DNA from: a virus
DNA length: 33,032 bases
UHGV virus genome: UHGV-0213215
Reading direction: 5' to 3' (one strand)
Shown here: positions 6,871-14,653 of the stretch, one piece after another
Layout of the letters: every line of letters begins with the position of its first letter
How positions within the stretch are numbered: the first letter of the stretch is position 1
Translations under genes and position numbers: made by a program
The notes under the pieces: model-generated
Databases searched by the model: none
What the model saw: only the letters and a program-made list of their open reading frames with translations
Told to the model about the DNA's origin: nothing

Positions 6871-7284
6871 GTGAGCAACGATGTGGCCGAGGCCTACAGG
6901 GTGGCCTTCGAGCGCGAGAGCCTCGAGCGCGGCGTGACCGCCGAGCACCTGAGGGAGGAGCGCGGCAGAAGGCGCAAGGCCGAGGAGGAGTCAAGGTTTC
7001 TCCGCGCCGAGCTGCGCAGGTGGGAGGACCGCTTCTTCTCGGACGGGGGGCAGACACCACTGCACTACGCTGGCGACGGCGTCGTGACGGCCGCGCAGGC
7101 GCTCAGGGCCGCGACCGCGCAGCCCACCACCACGCCGAGGAGCGAGACGGCCTACTACTGGTGGGCGCTTGCATTCAAGTACCTCTGGAGGCTCTGGACG
7201 AAGGGGCAGGCGTCAGACGACCTGCGCAAGTGCATGGACTGCCTTAATCGGCTCGAGCGGGAGGTGGGAAATGACGATGACTAG
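6871..7284 (+). CDS. DUF3310-like phage protein
   Basis: GTG start after GGAGG; P.HY..DG ... AFKYLWR...KG...DDLRK pattern. Confidence 0.6.
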   Translation: MSNDVAEAYRVAFERESLERGVTAEHLREERGRRRKAEEESRFLRAELRRWEDRFFSDGGQTPLHYAGDGVVTAAQALRAATAQPTTTPRSETAYYWWALAFKYLWRLWTKGQASDDLRKCMDCLNRLEREVGNDDD

Positions 7285-7693
7285 GCGTGAGGGCACTAGG
7301 TGCAACCTTAGGACCAAATGCCCGGAGTGCGGGACGGTGGCGACGTGCCGCTACGTGGCAGACCCCGAGCTGGTGGCGTGTCCGGAGTGCGGCGCCGAGT
7401 ACGGTTGGAGGGCCAACGCGTACCGTCCGCTGACAGACGGCCTCACGGAGGAGCAGCGTAGGCGCTTCTACCAGCGGAACGCGTACGCCACGCCCGAGAG
7501 ATGGGAGCGCGCCAAGGAGCGCAGCCGCAGGTGGCAGCGGGAGCACCGTGACGAGGTGAACGCCAGGCGGCGCGAGCGTAACAGGACGCCCGAGGCCAGG
7601 GCCAAGAGGCGCGAGTACTACCAGATGAACCGGGAGCGCATCCTCGAGGCCCAGAAGGCCTACAGGCTGCGAAAGGAGATGGGTGAGCAGTGA
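7271..7693 (+). CDS. zinc-ribbon protein with Arg-rich helical tail
   Basis: Two CPECG motifs; R/E-rich C-terminus; GGAGG RBS. Confidence 0.7.
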   Translation: MTMTRREGTRCNLRTKCPECGTVATCRYVADPELVACPECGAEYGWRANAYRPLTDGLTEEQRRRFYQRNAYATPERWERAKERSRRWQREHRDEVNARRRERNRTPEARAKRREYYQMNRERILEAQKAYRLRKEMGEQ

Positions 7694-8133
7694 CGACCGT
7701 GAGGCGCGTGCCGATTGTCTGCAATGCGTTCTGCATGCCAAGCTACGCGCACTGGGGGGACGCTGGAGCCGACATGCGTGCGGACGTCCCCGAGCCCGTC
7801 ACCATCGAGCCGATGCAGTCGGCATGGGTCGGTACCGGTGTCAGGGTCGCGATCCCCGACGGGTTCGTCGGCCTCCAGTTCCCGAGGTCTGGCCTCGGGT
7901 GCAACCACGGCATCTGCCTCGCCAACGGCACGGGCGTCATCGACAGCGGCTATCGCGGAGAGACACGCGCAAAGCTGCTCAACCTCGGCACCGAGCCGTT
8001 CGTGGTCAACCCCGGCGACAGGGTCTGCCAGCTCGTGCTGGTGCCGTACGTCCGCGCCGCGTTCGTGCCGGTCGCGGAGCTGCCCACAAGCAGCAGGGGC
8101 ACGGACGGATACGGGTCGACGGGGGTTCATTAG
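7690..8133 (+). CDS. dut: dUTPase (trimeric)
   Basis: GDAGAD, PRSGLG, GVIDSGYRGE, GDRVCQLV, RGTDGYGSTG motifs I-V. Confidence 0.95.
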   Translation: MTTVRRVPIVCNAFCMPSYAHWGDAGADMRADVPEPVTIEPMQSAWVGTGVRVAIPDGFVGLQFPRSGLGCNHGICLANGTGVIDSGYRGETRAKLLNLGTEPFVVNPGDRVCQLVLVPYVRAAFVPVAELPTSSRGTDGYGSTGVH

Positions 8134-8199
8134 AAGAAAGTGCGCGGAAGCCGAAAAAAAGTTCGGTTTTCCGCGCACTTTTGCGTTAGGTAGTAGTAT

Positions 8200-8259
8200 T
8201 ATATAAAGCGTCAGGAGGAGAGGCCGAGGGGCCTCGGATAGAAGGGAACAAAGATGAGC
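8200..8259 (+). repeat. dispersed promoter-hairpin-RBS-ATG repeat, copy 2
   Basis: TATATAAAGCGTCAGGAGGAGAGGCCGAGGGGCCTCGGATAGAAGGGAACAAAGATGAGC; 57/60 identical to copy 3. Confidence 0.9.
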
Positions 8260-8469
8260 TACATCAACGAGAAGTATGGCCGCACCGAGAAGTTCGTCGC
8301 CTTCAGCGTGAGCTACTACGACCGCGAGGACGTTCCGAAGCTCTACAAGAACGGCGCCGCTGCTGACAGGTACGCCCGCAAGTGCGCGGCAAACGGAAGG
8401 TTCTGCGCGCTGAACGGCCTTGCCGTCACCGAGGACGGCCCCGAGTGGGTCGAGATCGCGGCTTGCTAG
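8254..8469 (+). CDS. small hypothetical protein
   Basis: First ORF after repeat copy 2. Confidence 0.8.
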   Translation: MSYINEKYGRTEKFVAFSVSYYDREDVPKLYKNGAAADRYARKCAANGRFCALNGLAVTEDGPEWVEIAAC

Positions 8470-8522
8470 AAGACTTGACGGGGCGGGGGATTGCCCCCGC
8501 CCACTACGAGATGGGAACGGCA

Positions 8523-8693
8523 ATGGAAAAGCTCATCGGGACCAAGACGAACGAGTTCGGCGAGAAGAGGCTCTACGAGGACACCGACTATGCCAGCAGG
8601 AAGTTCTGGCGCGGCGTGAAGGAGACCGACACGAGCTGGTACGACTTCGAGTTTGACGACAAGGAGCTGGCGATGCGCTGGCTCGGCTGCTAG
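8523..8693 (+). CDS. small hypothetical protein (56 aa)
   Basis: MEKLIGTKTNEF...; preceded by hairpin GGGCGGGGG-ATTG-CCCCCGCCC (8481-8502). Confidence 0.7.
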   Translation: MEKLIGTKTNEFGEKRLYEDTDYASRKFWRGVKETDTSWYDFEFDDKELAMRWLGC

Positions 8694-8735
8694 GTTCGGC
8701 GAGGCAATCGTAAGCACGTCACGAGAGGGGAAGCA

Positions 8736-9221
8736 ATGGAGACCAAGACGCTAGAGCAGTACTTCCTTGCCGAGATGGAGGCGCTGAAGGCCGAGAACGA
8801 GGCGCTGAGGAAGAAGGCAGGGGCCATGGACGAGGACATGGCGCACGGCGTGGGCACCGCGACGCCCGAGCGCATTCATCTCGTAATGTACGACCTCGAT
8901 AGGCAGAGGCTGGCGCGGCTTGTGCGCCTCAAGACAGAGGAGGTCGGGAGTTTCGACGAGTGGGCCGACGTGCTGACCGACGACCAGCTCGTGTCGTGGG
9001 CGCTGTCGAACTGCGCCGTGACGGCCTCGCACACCGTCTCCGACTACGTGGTCGAGGTCTGTTGCAGAAGGCTCGCGGTCGTCGCGCCCGTCGGAGGCCA
9101 CGACACGGGTGAGGTCGCGGACCTCGACGCGCCGTTCGGCTGGGGGAACTGGGTCGAGGCCGCCGGCGACATGAGCTGCGACGTCGCCGAGCTCATCGCG
9201 TGCGAGGCGGGCCAATGCTAG
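8736..9221 (+). CDS. hypothetical protein with N-terminal coiled coil
   Basis: GAGGGG RBS; EMEALKAENEALRKK heptads. Confidence 0.75.
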   Translation: METKTLEQYFLAEMEALKAENEALRKKAGAMDEDMAHGVGTATPERIHLVMYDLDRQRLARLVRLKTEEVGSFDEWADVLTDDQLVSWALSNCAVTASHTVSDYVVEVCCRRLAVVAPVGGHDTGEVADLDAPFGWGNWVEAAGDMSCDVAELIACEAGQC

Positions 9222-9619
9222 GGCGCATGACCTACGCCGGCGAGGTGCGGGGGCAGGGACGCCCTCGCTTTAGTCGCTCTGGTCACGCCTACAAGGACAC
9301 GGCCTCGAAGGCATACGAGCGGAGGCTCGCGCAGTGCTGGGCCGAGCAGTCGGGCGTCTGCTTCGACGGGCCCGTGAGGGTGAGCATAAGCGTCTGGCGG
9401 CACCTTCCGAGGTCCAAGCCCAAGGGGTTGAGCGAGGAGCCTGACACGCTCAAGCCCGACGCCGACAACATCGCGAAGGCGGTGCTCGACGCGCTCAACG
9501 GCGTGGCATGGCAGGACGACTCGCAGGTCGTGGCCCTCTTGGTGCGGAAGTTCCCGCGTCGGAGGGTCCCGGCGGGCACCGACATCATGCATGTCTCAGT
9601 AGAGAGCGAGGAATCATGA
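9215..9619 (+). CDS. rusA: RusA-family Holliday junction resolvase
   Basis: G+GRPRF..., KPDADNIAKAVLDALNGVAWQDDSQVV catalytic motif. Confidence 0.92.
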   Translation: MLGRMTYAGEVRGQGRPRFSRSGHAYKDTASKAYERRLAQCWAEQSGVCFDGPVRVSISVWRHLPRSKPKGLSEEPDTLKPDADNIAKAVLDALNGVAWQDDSQVVALLVRKFPRRRVPAGTDIMHVSVESEES

Positions 9620-9795
9620 GGTGGCAACTGTCACAGGCAAAGAGGACGCCGAAGGGCGTGTTCGTCGAGATGGAGGAGGGCGAGGGCCGCGGGTGGCTGC
9701 GGCTGTACGTCGACCCCGACACGGCCGAGCTGTTCGACTTCTCGAGCCTCTACGAGCTGACGATTACGGGAGGCAACGATGCAGGACACGATTAG
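9616..9795 (+). CDS. small hypothetical protein
   Basis: ATGA overlap with rusA stop; GAGGA RBS. Confidence 0.6.
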   Translation: MRWQLSQAKRTPKGVFVEMEEGEGRGWLRLYVDPDTAELFDFSSLYELTITGGNDAGHD

Positions 9796-10009
9796 CGAGA
9801 AGAGAACATTGCGTGCGCTCAGCGTTGTGGAGGTGCCGTCGGCCGAGGTGAAGCTGGCTGCCGAGCGCGCTGGGTTTGGCACGTGGGGCGAGCTGGCGAA
9901 GGCAATCGGCATCTCGCAACCCCACCTCAGCGCCGCGCTCCATGGTCGCGAGGTCATGAGCGCCGAGAAGTTCGCGAAGCTCAGGGAGGCGCTCGGATGG
10001 CGAAGGTAG
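9779..10009 (+). CDS. XRE/Cro-like HTH protein
   Basis: TWGELAKAIGISQPHLSAALHG HTH pattern; GGGAGG RBS. Confidence 0.8.
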   Translation: MQDTISEKRTLRALSVVEVPSAEVKLAAERAGFGTWGELAKAIGISQPHLSAALHGREVMSAEKFAKLREALGWRR

Positions 10010-10392
10010 ACACGCTCCCGATGCTGTACCGCCCGCTCATGGACGGGTGCAGCGTCATCCTCAACCACTGCGCGGTGTGCGGCGCGACTTGGCCGCTCAA
10101 CCAGCATCACATCGTCAAGAGGTCGCAGGGGAACCTCTACAGGAGCGGGATCAAGAGGCCGAAGCCTACAGTGACGCTCTGCGGCAGCGGCAACACGTCG
10201 GGCTGCCACGGCCTGGCCCACCAGAACAGGCTCCACTTCCGCTGGGTCACGACCGAGGCGTGGGACGAGATCGGCTTCGGCAACTCGAAGTACCGGGAGC
10301 GCAGCGGCGGGCACTGGGAGTACCTGATTACGGAAGAGCCGACGAAGTACCAGCAGGCGCTCAAGATGGACGGATGGAAGGAGCTCTACTGA
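9997..10392 (+). CDS. HNH-like endonuclease domain protein
   Basis: CAVCG...HHIVKRSQG...TLCGSG...GCHG..H. Confidence 0.7.
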   Translation: MAKVDTLPMLYRPLMDGCSVILNHCAVCGATWPLNQHHIVKRSQGNLYRSGIKRPKPTVTLCGSGNTSGCHGLAHQNRLHFRWVTTEAWDEIGFGNSKYRERSGGHWEYLITEEPTKYQQALKMDGWKELY

Positions 10393-10679
10393 TGGCTGGA
10401 TGCACGACGAACGGCGACCCGCAGAGGGCGCTCGAGGCCAAGCTGCGCCTCGACGAGTTGAAGCGCGACCTCAGGGCCGGCAGGGTCACGTTCCGCGAGG
10501 CCGCGACCGACCCGCGCGCCCACAGGTGCAAGGTCTTCCGCCTGCTTTGCTGCGTGCGCGGCGTTGGAAAGGCGAGGGCATCGCGCATGATGGACCGCTG
10601 CGGCATCGTCCCCTCCCGCAGGTGCGGGGCGCTCCGTGGGGCCAGGCTCGATGCGCTGTGCCGGGAGGTCGGCGAGTGA
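10392..10679 (+). CDS. actinobacterial integration host factor (mIHF/sIHF)-like H2TH protein
   Basis: RALE....ELKRDLRAG.VT...KVFRLL..VRGVGKARA..MM...GIVPSRR.GAL.G.R..AL matches the mIHF/sIHF pattern; TGATG coupling, AAGGAG RBS. Confidence 0.75.
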   Translation: MAGCTTNGDPQRALEAKLRLDELKRDLRAGRVTFREAATDPRAHRCKVFRLLCCVRGVGKARASRMMDRCGIVPSRRCGALRGARLDALCREVGE

Positions 10680-10906
10680 GGAACACCCACCACGCGTTCG
10701 ACGTCGACCGCGACTCGCTCGGGTACGCCATGAGAAAGGCTGGGTACCACGACGCGCGACAGCTCGGGGAGGCAAGCCTCGTGAGCGCCGCCACGATCCA
10801 GCGGATGCTGGACGGAGGGTGCTACGGCGTGCAGGCGTCCACCATGTGCCAGCTCGCCGTGACGCTCGGCTGCGACGTCCTCGACCTCATGCGCGAGAAC
10901 GAGTAA
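10676..10906 (+). CDS. Cro/C1-type HTH protein
   Basis: RQLGEASLVSAATIQRM..G......TMCQLAVTLGCDVLDLM; GGGAGG RBS. Confidence 0.8.
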   Translation: MRNTHHAFDVDRDSLGYAMRKAGYHDARQLGEASLVSAATIQRMLDGGCYGVQASTMCQLAVTLGCDVLDLMRENE

Positions 10907-10960
10907 AAAAGCCGGTATTTTCTCGCGTTTTCCGCGTACAAACTGGTTTGTTTGTAGTGA

Positions 10961-11020
10961 TATATAAAGCGTCAGGAGGAGAGGCCGGGAGGCCTCGGAT
11001 AGAAGGGAACCAAGATGAGC
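10961..11020 (+). repeat. dispersed promoter-hairpin-RBS-ATG repeat, copy 3
   Basis: TATATAAAGCGTCAGGAGGAGAGGCCGGGAGGCCTCGGATAGAAGGGAACCAAGATGAGC. Confidence 0.9.
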
Positions 11021-11197
11021 GAGCAGACCAAGACCATGAGGAAGCTCCTGAGCGAGCTTGACGCCAAGTGGTGCGACGCCGAGGACGCCTGGGCCGACGC
11101 GGGATACCCCGAGGGCGGCGAGCTCTGGGACGCGTACCGCGAGGCAAGGGCGCAGTACAAGGGCGCAAAGGCAATGGCCCAGGCTCTGGGGCTCTAG
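11015..11197 (+). CDS. small helical hypothetical protein
   Basis: First ORF after repeat copy 3. Confidence 0.8.
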   Translation: MSEQTKTMRKLLSELDAKWCDAEDAWADAGYPEGGELWDAYREARAQYKGAKAMAQALGL

Positions 11198-11211
11198 GGG
11201 AGGGGGAAGAA

Positions 11212-11499
11212 ATGTTCTACGCGGAGTTCTGCCCGTACGGCACCAAGACCATCAGCGACGAAGACACGCTCATGGGGTTCGACAGCCGCGAGGAGCGCGA
11301 CGAGATGGTCGAGCGCATCAACGCGGTCGAGGACGACAGGGCGCAGGCCGTGACCGTCCGCGAGGTGTCTCACCGCTACGACGTCCGCAAGTTCCGCGAC
11401 GACCCGTTTAGCGACTACTGCCACGAGGTCAACGGGCTGCGCACCTGCAAGGGCAAGCCGTTCTTCGAGGTCTCGCACCGACCCGGCTACAGGTACTAG
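11212..11499 (+). CDS. small hypothetical protein
   Basis: GGGAGGGGG RBS; MFYAEFCPYG...FDSREERDEMVE. Confidence 0.75.
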   Translation: MFYAEFCPYGTKTISDEDTLMGFDSREERDEMVERINAVEDDRAQAVTVREVSHRYDVRKFRDDPFSDYCHEVNGLRTCKGKPFFEVSHRPGYRY

Positions 11500-11507
11500 G
11501 GGGAACC

Positions 11508-11612
11508 ATGGATGAGAGGACTACTGCCGGCACCATCGGCTTCACGCTCGTAGCGGGCCTGGTCATCGGCCTTTGGCTGGTCGACCCGCTTCTCAGGTCG
11601 CTAGGGATCTAG
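11508..11612 (+). CDS. 34-aa single-TM peptide (not in ORF track)
   Basis: AGGGGG RBS; MDERTTAGTIGFTLVAGLVIGLWLVDPLLRSLGI*; fills the gap between neighbours. Confidence 0.6.
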   Translation: MDERTTAGTIGFTLVAGLVIGLWLVDPLLRSLGI

Positions 11613-11622
11613 GAGGAAGACC

Positions 11623-12354
11623 ATGACTGACGACAACGGATGCATTCTTCCCGGCAACGTGTACGAGTACCACTGCGACAACGACCAGGGCTACGGCTAT
11701 ATGGTCCCAGTCAGGACGTCTGACGGATGGGACTTCGTCGACACGTACCACCTGGACATTCCGGTCAGGAAGCTGGGCGAAACGTCTGACGAGGCATCCG
11801 TCAGGAGAATCACCGAGCTCGGGCTCGGAGAGCACGACGGGTACGTCAATCACCGCTTGAGCGGCTACTACCACCACAACGCCAGTCTTCACAACAGGTC
11901 GGTTCCGTGTGGCCTGACGCTGGCGTTCAACGTCAACGACTACGACGTCGTACCGAGACGCAGGGCCAGCGACTTCGACTACGACGACGTGGTGACGAAC
12001 GTCCCGATGTACAGGGAGCAGCATTTCGACTGGGACTCCGGCACCACCCGCGGGCTATGCTTCGTCAGGAAAGGCGCCAAGCGTGACGCCAGGAACGAGT
12101 TCGAGGGCCTTTGCAGCGACGCCATGCGATCGTTCGTCATGCCATGCACCACCGAAATGGCGGCTAGGATCATCGAGAAAGCCAGTGAAAAGCTCAGAGA
12201 GCTCGAAGGCAGGGGACTCGCGACGCCACGCGACAGGGCCTACCTATCGCACGTTGCCAGGCGCGAACGCATCGTCGCGAAGTGCTGCGAGGACCTGGCC
12301 AACGAAAGTCGTGAATGCGTGCTCGAGGTCCAGGAGGCGCGACATGGCAAGTAG
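11623..12354 (+). CDS. hypothetical protein
   Basis: AGGAGG RBS; 243-aa ORF, no motif recognised. Confidence 0.8.
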   Translation: MTDDNGCILPGNVYEYHCDNDQGYGYMVPVRTSDGWDFVDTYHLDIPVRKLGETSDEASVRRITELGLGEHDGYVNHRLSGYYHHNASLHNRSVPCGLTLAFNVNDYDVVPRRRASDFDYDDVVTNVPMYREQHFDWDSGTTRGLCFVRKGAKRDARNEFEGLCSDAMRSFVMPCTTEMAARIIEKASEKLRELEGRGLATPRDRAYLSHVARRERIVAKCCEDLANESRECVLEVQEARHGK

Positions 12355-12538
12355 CAACAGTCTCCGCACGTGCGACCTCTGCGAGAACGCATGCTATGTC
12401 GACCTCCTCGACGGCCGCAGCGTACTCGTGTGCGATGGCACGGCCACGGACGAGTCAGCTCACGAGGTGCGTGAGACCGACAGTTGCGACAAATTCGCGC
12501 TCTATATCGAAGAGGATGTGGCTGGCAATGACGAGTGA
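12344..12538 (+). CDS. small Cys-motif hypothetical protein
   Basis: AGGAGG RBS; TCDLCENA...VC...DSCDKF. Confidence 0.7.
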   Translation: MASSNSLRTCDLCENACYVDLLDGRSVLVCDGTATDESAHEVRETDSCDKFALYIEEDVAGNDE

Positions 12539-12890
12539 CGAGCGCCAAGAGGCGGCGCGAAGGCTGCGCGAGATTAAGCCAGACGAAAGGCTGTACGGAC
12601 ACGTTCAAGCGGAGACCGCGTTTAACGCGTGCGGCATTAACAGCGACTTCGGGTGCGTGCTGGCGGACGACCTGGGCAGGATAGCCGACCTCATAGACCC
12701 GACGTGCGAGAACCTGTCGGACGTGAACCCCGTTGACGGCTTCATATGCTCGGCGTGCGGGTGGCCGGGCGTCGTCCAGCAGGCCATGGACAACGGATGG
12801 CAGGAGTACGAGTTCGACGAGTTCATGGAGTACGTTCCCCGCTACTGTCCCTGCTGCGGGTCGAGGTTGGTGAGGCGGGATGAAGACTAG
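12528..12890 (+). CDS. paralogue 1 of tandem SDERREVA..LRE / ADLIDP family with C-terminal Zn ribbon
   Basis: MTSDERQEAARRLRE...RIADLIDPTC...FICSACG...VPRYCPCCGSRLV. Confidence 0.8.
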   Translation: MTSDERQEAARRLREIKPDERLYGHVQAETAFNACGINSDFGCVLADDLGRIADLIDPTCENLSDVNPVDGFICSACGWPGVVQQAMDNGWQEYEFDEFMEYVPRYCPCCGSRLVRRDED

Positions 12891-13230
12891 CGACGAGCGC
12901 CGCGAGGTCGCTGAGAGGCTGCGGGAGCTTCCAAGCCACGCAGACGCCGATGGATGCTGCACGGTATGGGACTTCCTGTTCGCGCTTGGAGTGGAACAGT
13001 GCGACACCATCGGTTTCGTTCGGGCTGACGATGCCCAGCGCCTTGCCGACCTAATCGACCCGACCTGTCGAGACATCGGCGACTACCACGTGTTTGTTTG
13101 CTCAAAGTGCGGGGGCGAGCTCGACGTTGACGACCGGGAGGGCGAGCCGACTATGTGGGACGGCGGAGCCCCAGCGGTTCCGAGATATTGCCCCAACTGC
13201 AGGTCGAGGGTGGTGCGGACGAATGGCTAG
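12880..13230 (+). CDS. paralogue 2 of tandem family with C-terminal Zn ribbon
   Basis: MKTSDERREVAERLRE...RLADLIDPTC...FVCSKCG...VPRYCPNCRSRVV. Confidence 0.8.
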   Translation: MKTSDERREVAERLRELPSHADADGCCTVWDFLFALGVEQCDTIGFVRADDAQRLADLIDPTCRDIGDYHVFVCSKCGGELDVDDREGEPTMWDGGAPAVPRYCPNCRSRVVRTNG

Positions 13231-13507
13231 CAGCGAACGGCGCCGCAAGGTGGCGGCGAATCTGCGGGAATACAACGTCGCGGAGTTCAAAGAGTCGACA
13301 ATAGTGCCGTTTCTCGAATGCCTCGAGCTTGGCTATGAGGATTGGCGAGGAATCCTCGACGAACTGGCTGACCTAATCGACCCTCCGCGCAAGGGCCGCA
13401 AGCCGTGCGCCCACGGAGACGTCTGCCGCGCATACATGCGCGAGCGTGGCGTGATCCTGCGGGACACGTGCCCGGAGTGCGAGCACTACGAGCCGAGGGG
13501 GGACTGA
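13223..13507 (+). CDS. paralogue 3 of tandem family with different Cys C-terminus
   Basis: MASSERRRKVAANLRE...ELADLIDP...CAHGDVC...CPECEHY. Confidence 0.75.
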   Translation: MASSERRRKVAANLREYNVAEFKESTIVPFLECLELGYEDWRGILDELADLIDPPRKGRKPCAHGDVCRAYMRERGVILRDTCPECEHYEPRGD

Positions 13508-13510
13508 CGC

Positions 13511-13690
13511 ATGGTGACAACGCTGCTCGCGGCAATGGTTGCCGCGCTGGTCGTCGTGGCCGTACTGCTGGTGCTGGTTCTCGTGCTGCTGCTCAGGCTT
13601 CTGGCGGATGCGACCACGAGGCGCGCCGCGAGTCGCAGGCGGACCGACGACATACGGAGGACCGACGCCATGTGGGAGGCAAGGCGATGA
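13511..13690 (+). CDS. 59-aa membrane protein (not in ORF track)
   Basis: GAGGGGGG RBS; MVTTLLAAMVAALVVVAVLLVLVLVLLLRLL... then basic tail; ATGA coupling to next gene. Confidence 0.65.
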   Translation: MVTTLLAAMVAALVVVAVLLVLVLVLLLRLLADATTRRAASRRRTDDIRRTDAMWEARR

Positions 13691-13989
13691 TGCTAGGACT
13701 CGAGACGGGAACAAGGCTGTACAGCATTGCAGTCCGCTACCCGATGGCAGACGGGCGCAAGGCTGCCGAGGTGCTCGCGGACTCGTGCAGGCTTGCTCGC
13801 AACATGCGGGGATGCGACGGGGTTGTCGGCATCGCGCACGTCGATGAGCTGGAATTTGCCATGGCGTTCTTCGGGCGGCGCTACGAGGCCGAGAGAGCGC
13901 GCTACGCTCTCGGTGGAAAGGGCTGGGACGTCGCCAATCAGCTGACGCGGTGGACGGTTGGCGACGACGGCCTGCCAATCATGGACTAG
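13687..13989 (+). CDS. hypothetical protein
   Basis: GGGAGG RBS; ORF track frame 13405..13989. Confidence 0.7.
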   Translation: MMLGLETGTRLYSIAVRYPMADGRKAAEVLADSCRLARNMRGCDGVVGIAHVDELEFAMAFFGRRYEAERARYALGGKGWDVANQLTRWTVGDDGLPIMD

Positions 13990-14002
13990 GAGGAGACAGG
14001 GA

Positions 14003-14653
14003 ATGCAGCACGTGAGAGATGCCGAGGTGAGTGTCGAGCGGGTACCGCTCGCAAGCCTCAAGGCCTACGACGGGAACGCAAAGAGGCACGACAACGCCAA
14101 CATCGAGGCCATCGAGGCCTCAATCAAGGAGTTCGGCTTCCGAAACCCGATAATCGCGTGGCACAACGAGGACGGCGTGCCCGAGATCGTGGCGGGCCAT
14201 GGCCGCGCATTGGCGGCGCAGAGGCTTGGTATCCAAGAGGTTCCCGTGGTGTTCGTGGACGACCTCAGCGACGCACAGCGCAGGATGCTCACGCTTGCGG
14301 ACAACCAGACGACCATGATGAGCGGGTGGCGCGAGAAAGATCTAGCGGAAGAGCTGGACAGGCTGTGCGATGTGTTTGACGTCGAAGACTTCGGCTTTTC
14401 GCTGAGCGAAGACTTGGACGAGGTTGCTGGAGAGGTCGAAGCAGACGAGGACTTCGCCTTGCCGTTGGATTACTCACGAAACTACATCGTCATCAGCATA
14501 GAGAACGACACCGATTGGATGAGGGCACAGACTGTTTTTGATTTGAAAAAGGGGAAGAGATGGGCGACAAACGCAAACGGCACCGGCGGCGGGGACACGA
14601 GGCTCAATAGGGTGGTGAAGTGGGATGACTTCGCAAGGATGTTCCTTGGTTAA
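14003..14653 (+). CDS. ParB/Sulfiredoxin N-terminal domain protein (terminase-adjacent type)
   Basis: LKAY..NAKRH...IEASIKEFGFRNPI...IVAGHGRALAA..LG..EVPV...LADNQ; no HTH recognised; AGGAGG RBS. Confidence 0.85.
   Translation: MQHVRDAEVSVERVPLASLKAYDGNAKRHDNANIEAIEASIKEFGFRNPIIAWHNEDGVPEIVAGHGRALAAQRLGIQEVPVVFVDDLSDAQRRMLTLADNQTTMMSGWREKDLAEELDRLCDVFDVEDFGFSLSEDLDEVAGEVEADEDFALPLDYSRNYIVISIENDTDWMRAQTVFDLKKGKRWATNANGTGGGDTRLNRVVKWDDFARMFLG

Noticed and set aside
5861..11020. Dispersed 60-bp repeats as CRISPR repeats, IS ends or att sites
   Set aside because: They are kilobases apart, contain promoter, RBS and ATG, and no transposase or integrase is recognisable
14003..14653. ParB-like gene as the cognate partition protein for the parS at 2207
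   Set aside because: Only the N-terminal ParB/Srx domain is seen, with no HTH and no ParA; its context (GT, terminase) matches the modification/packaging-associated type
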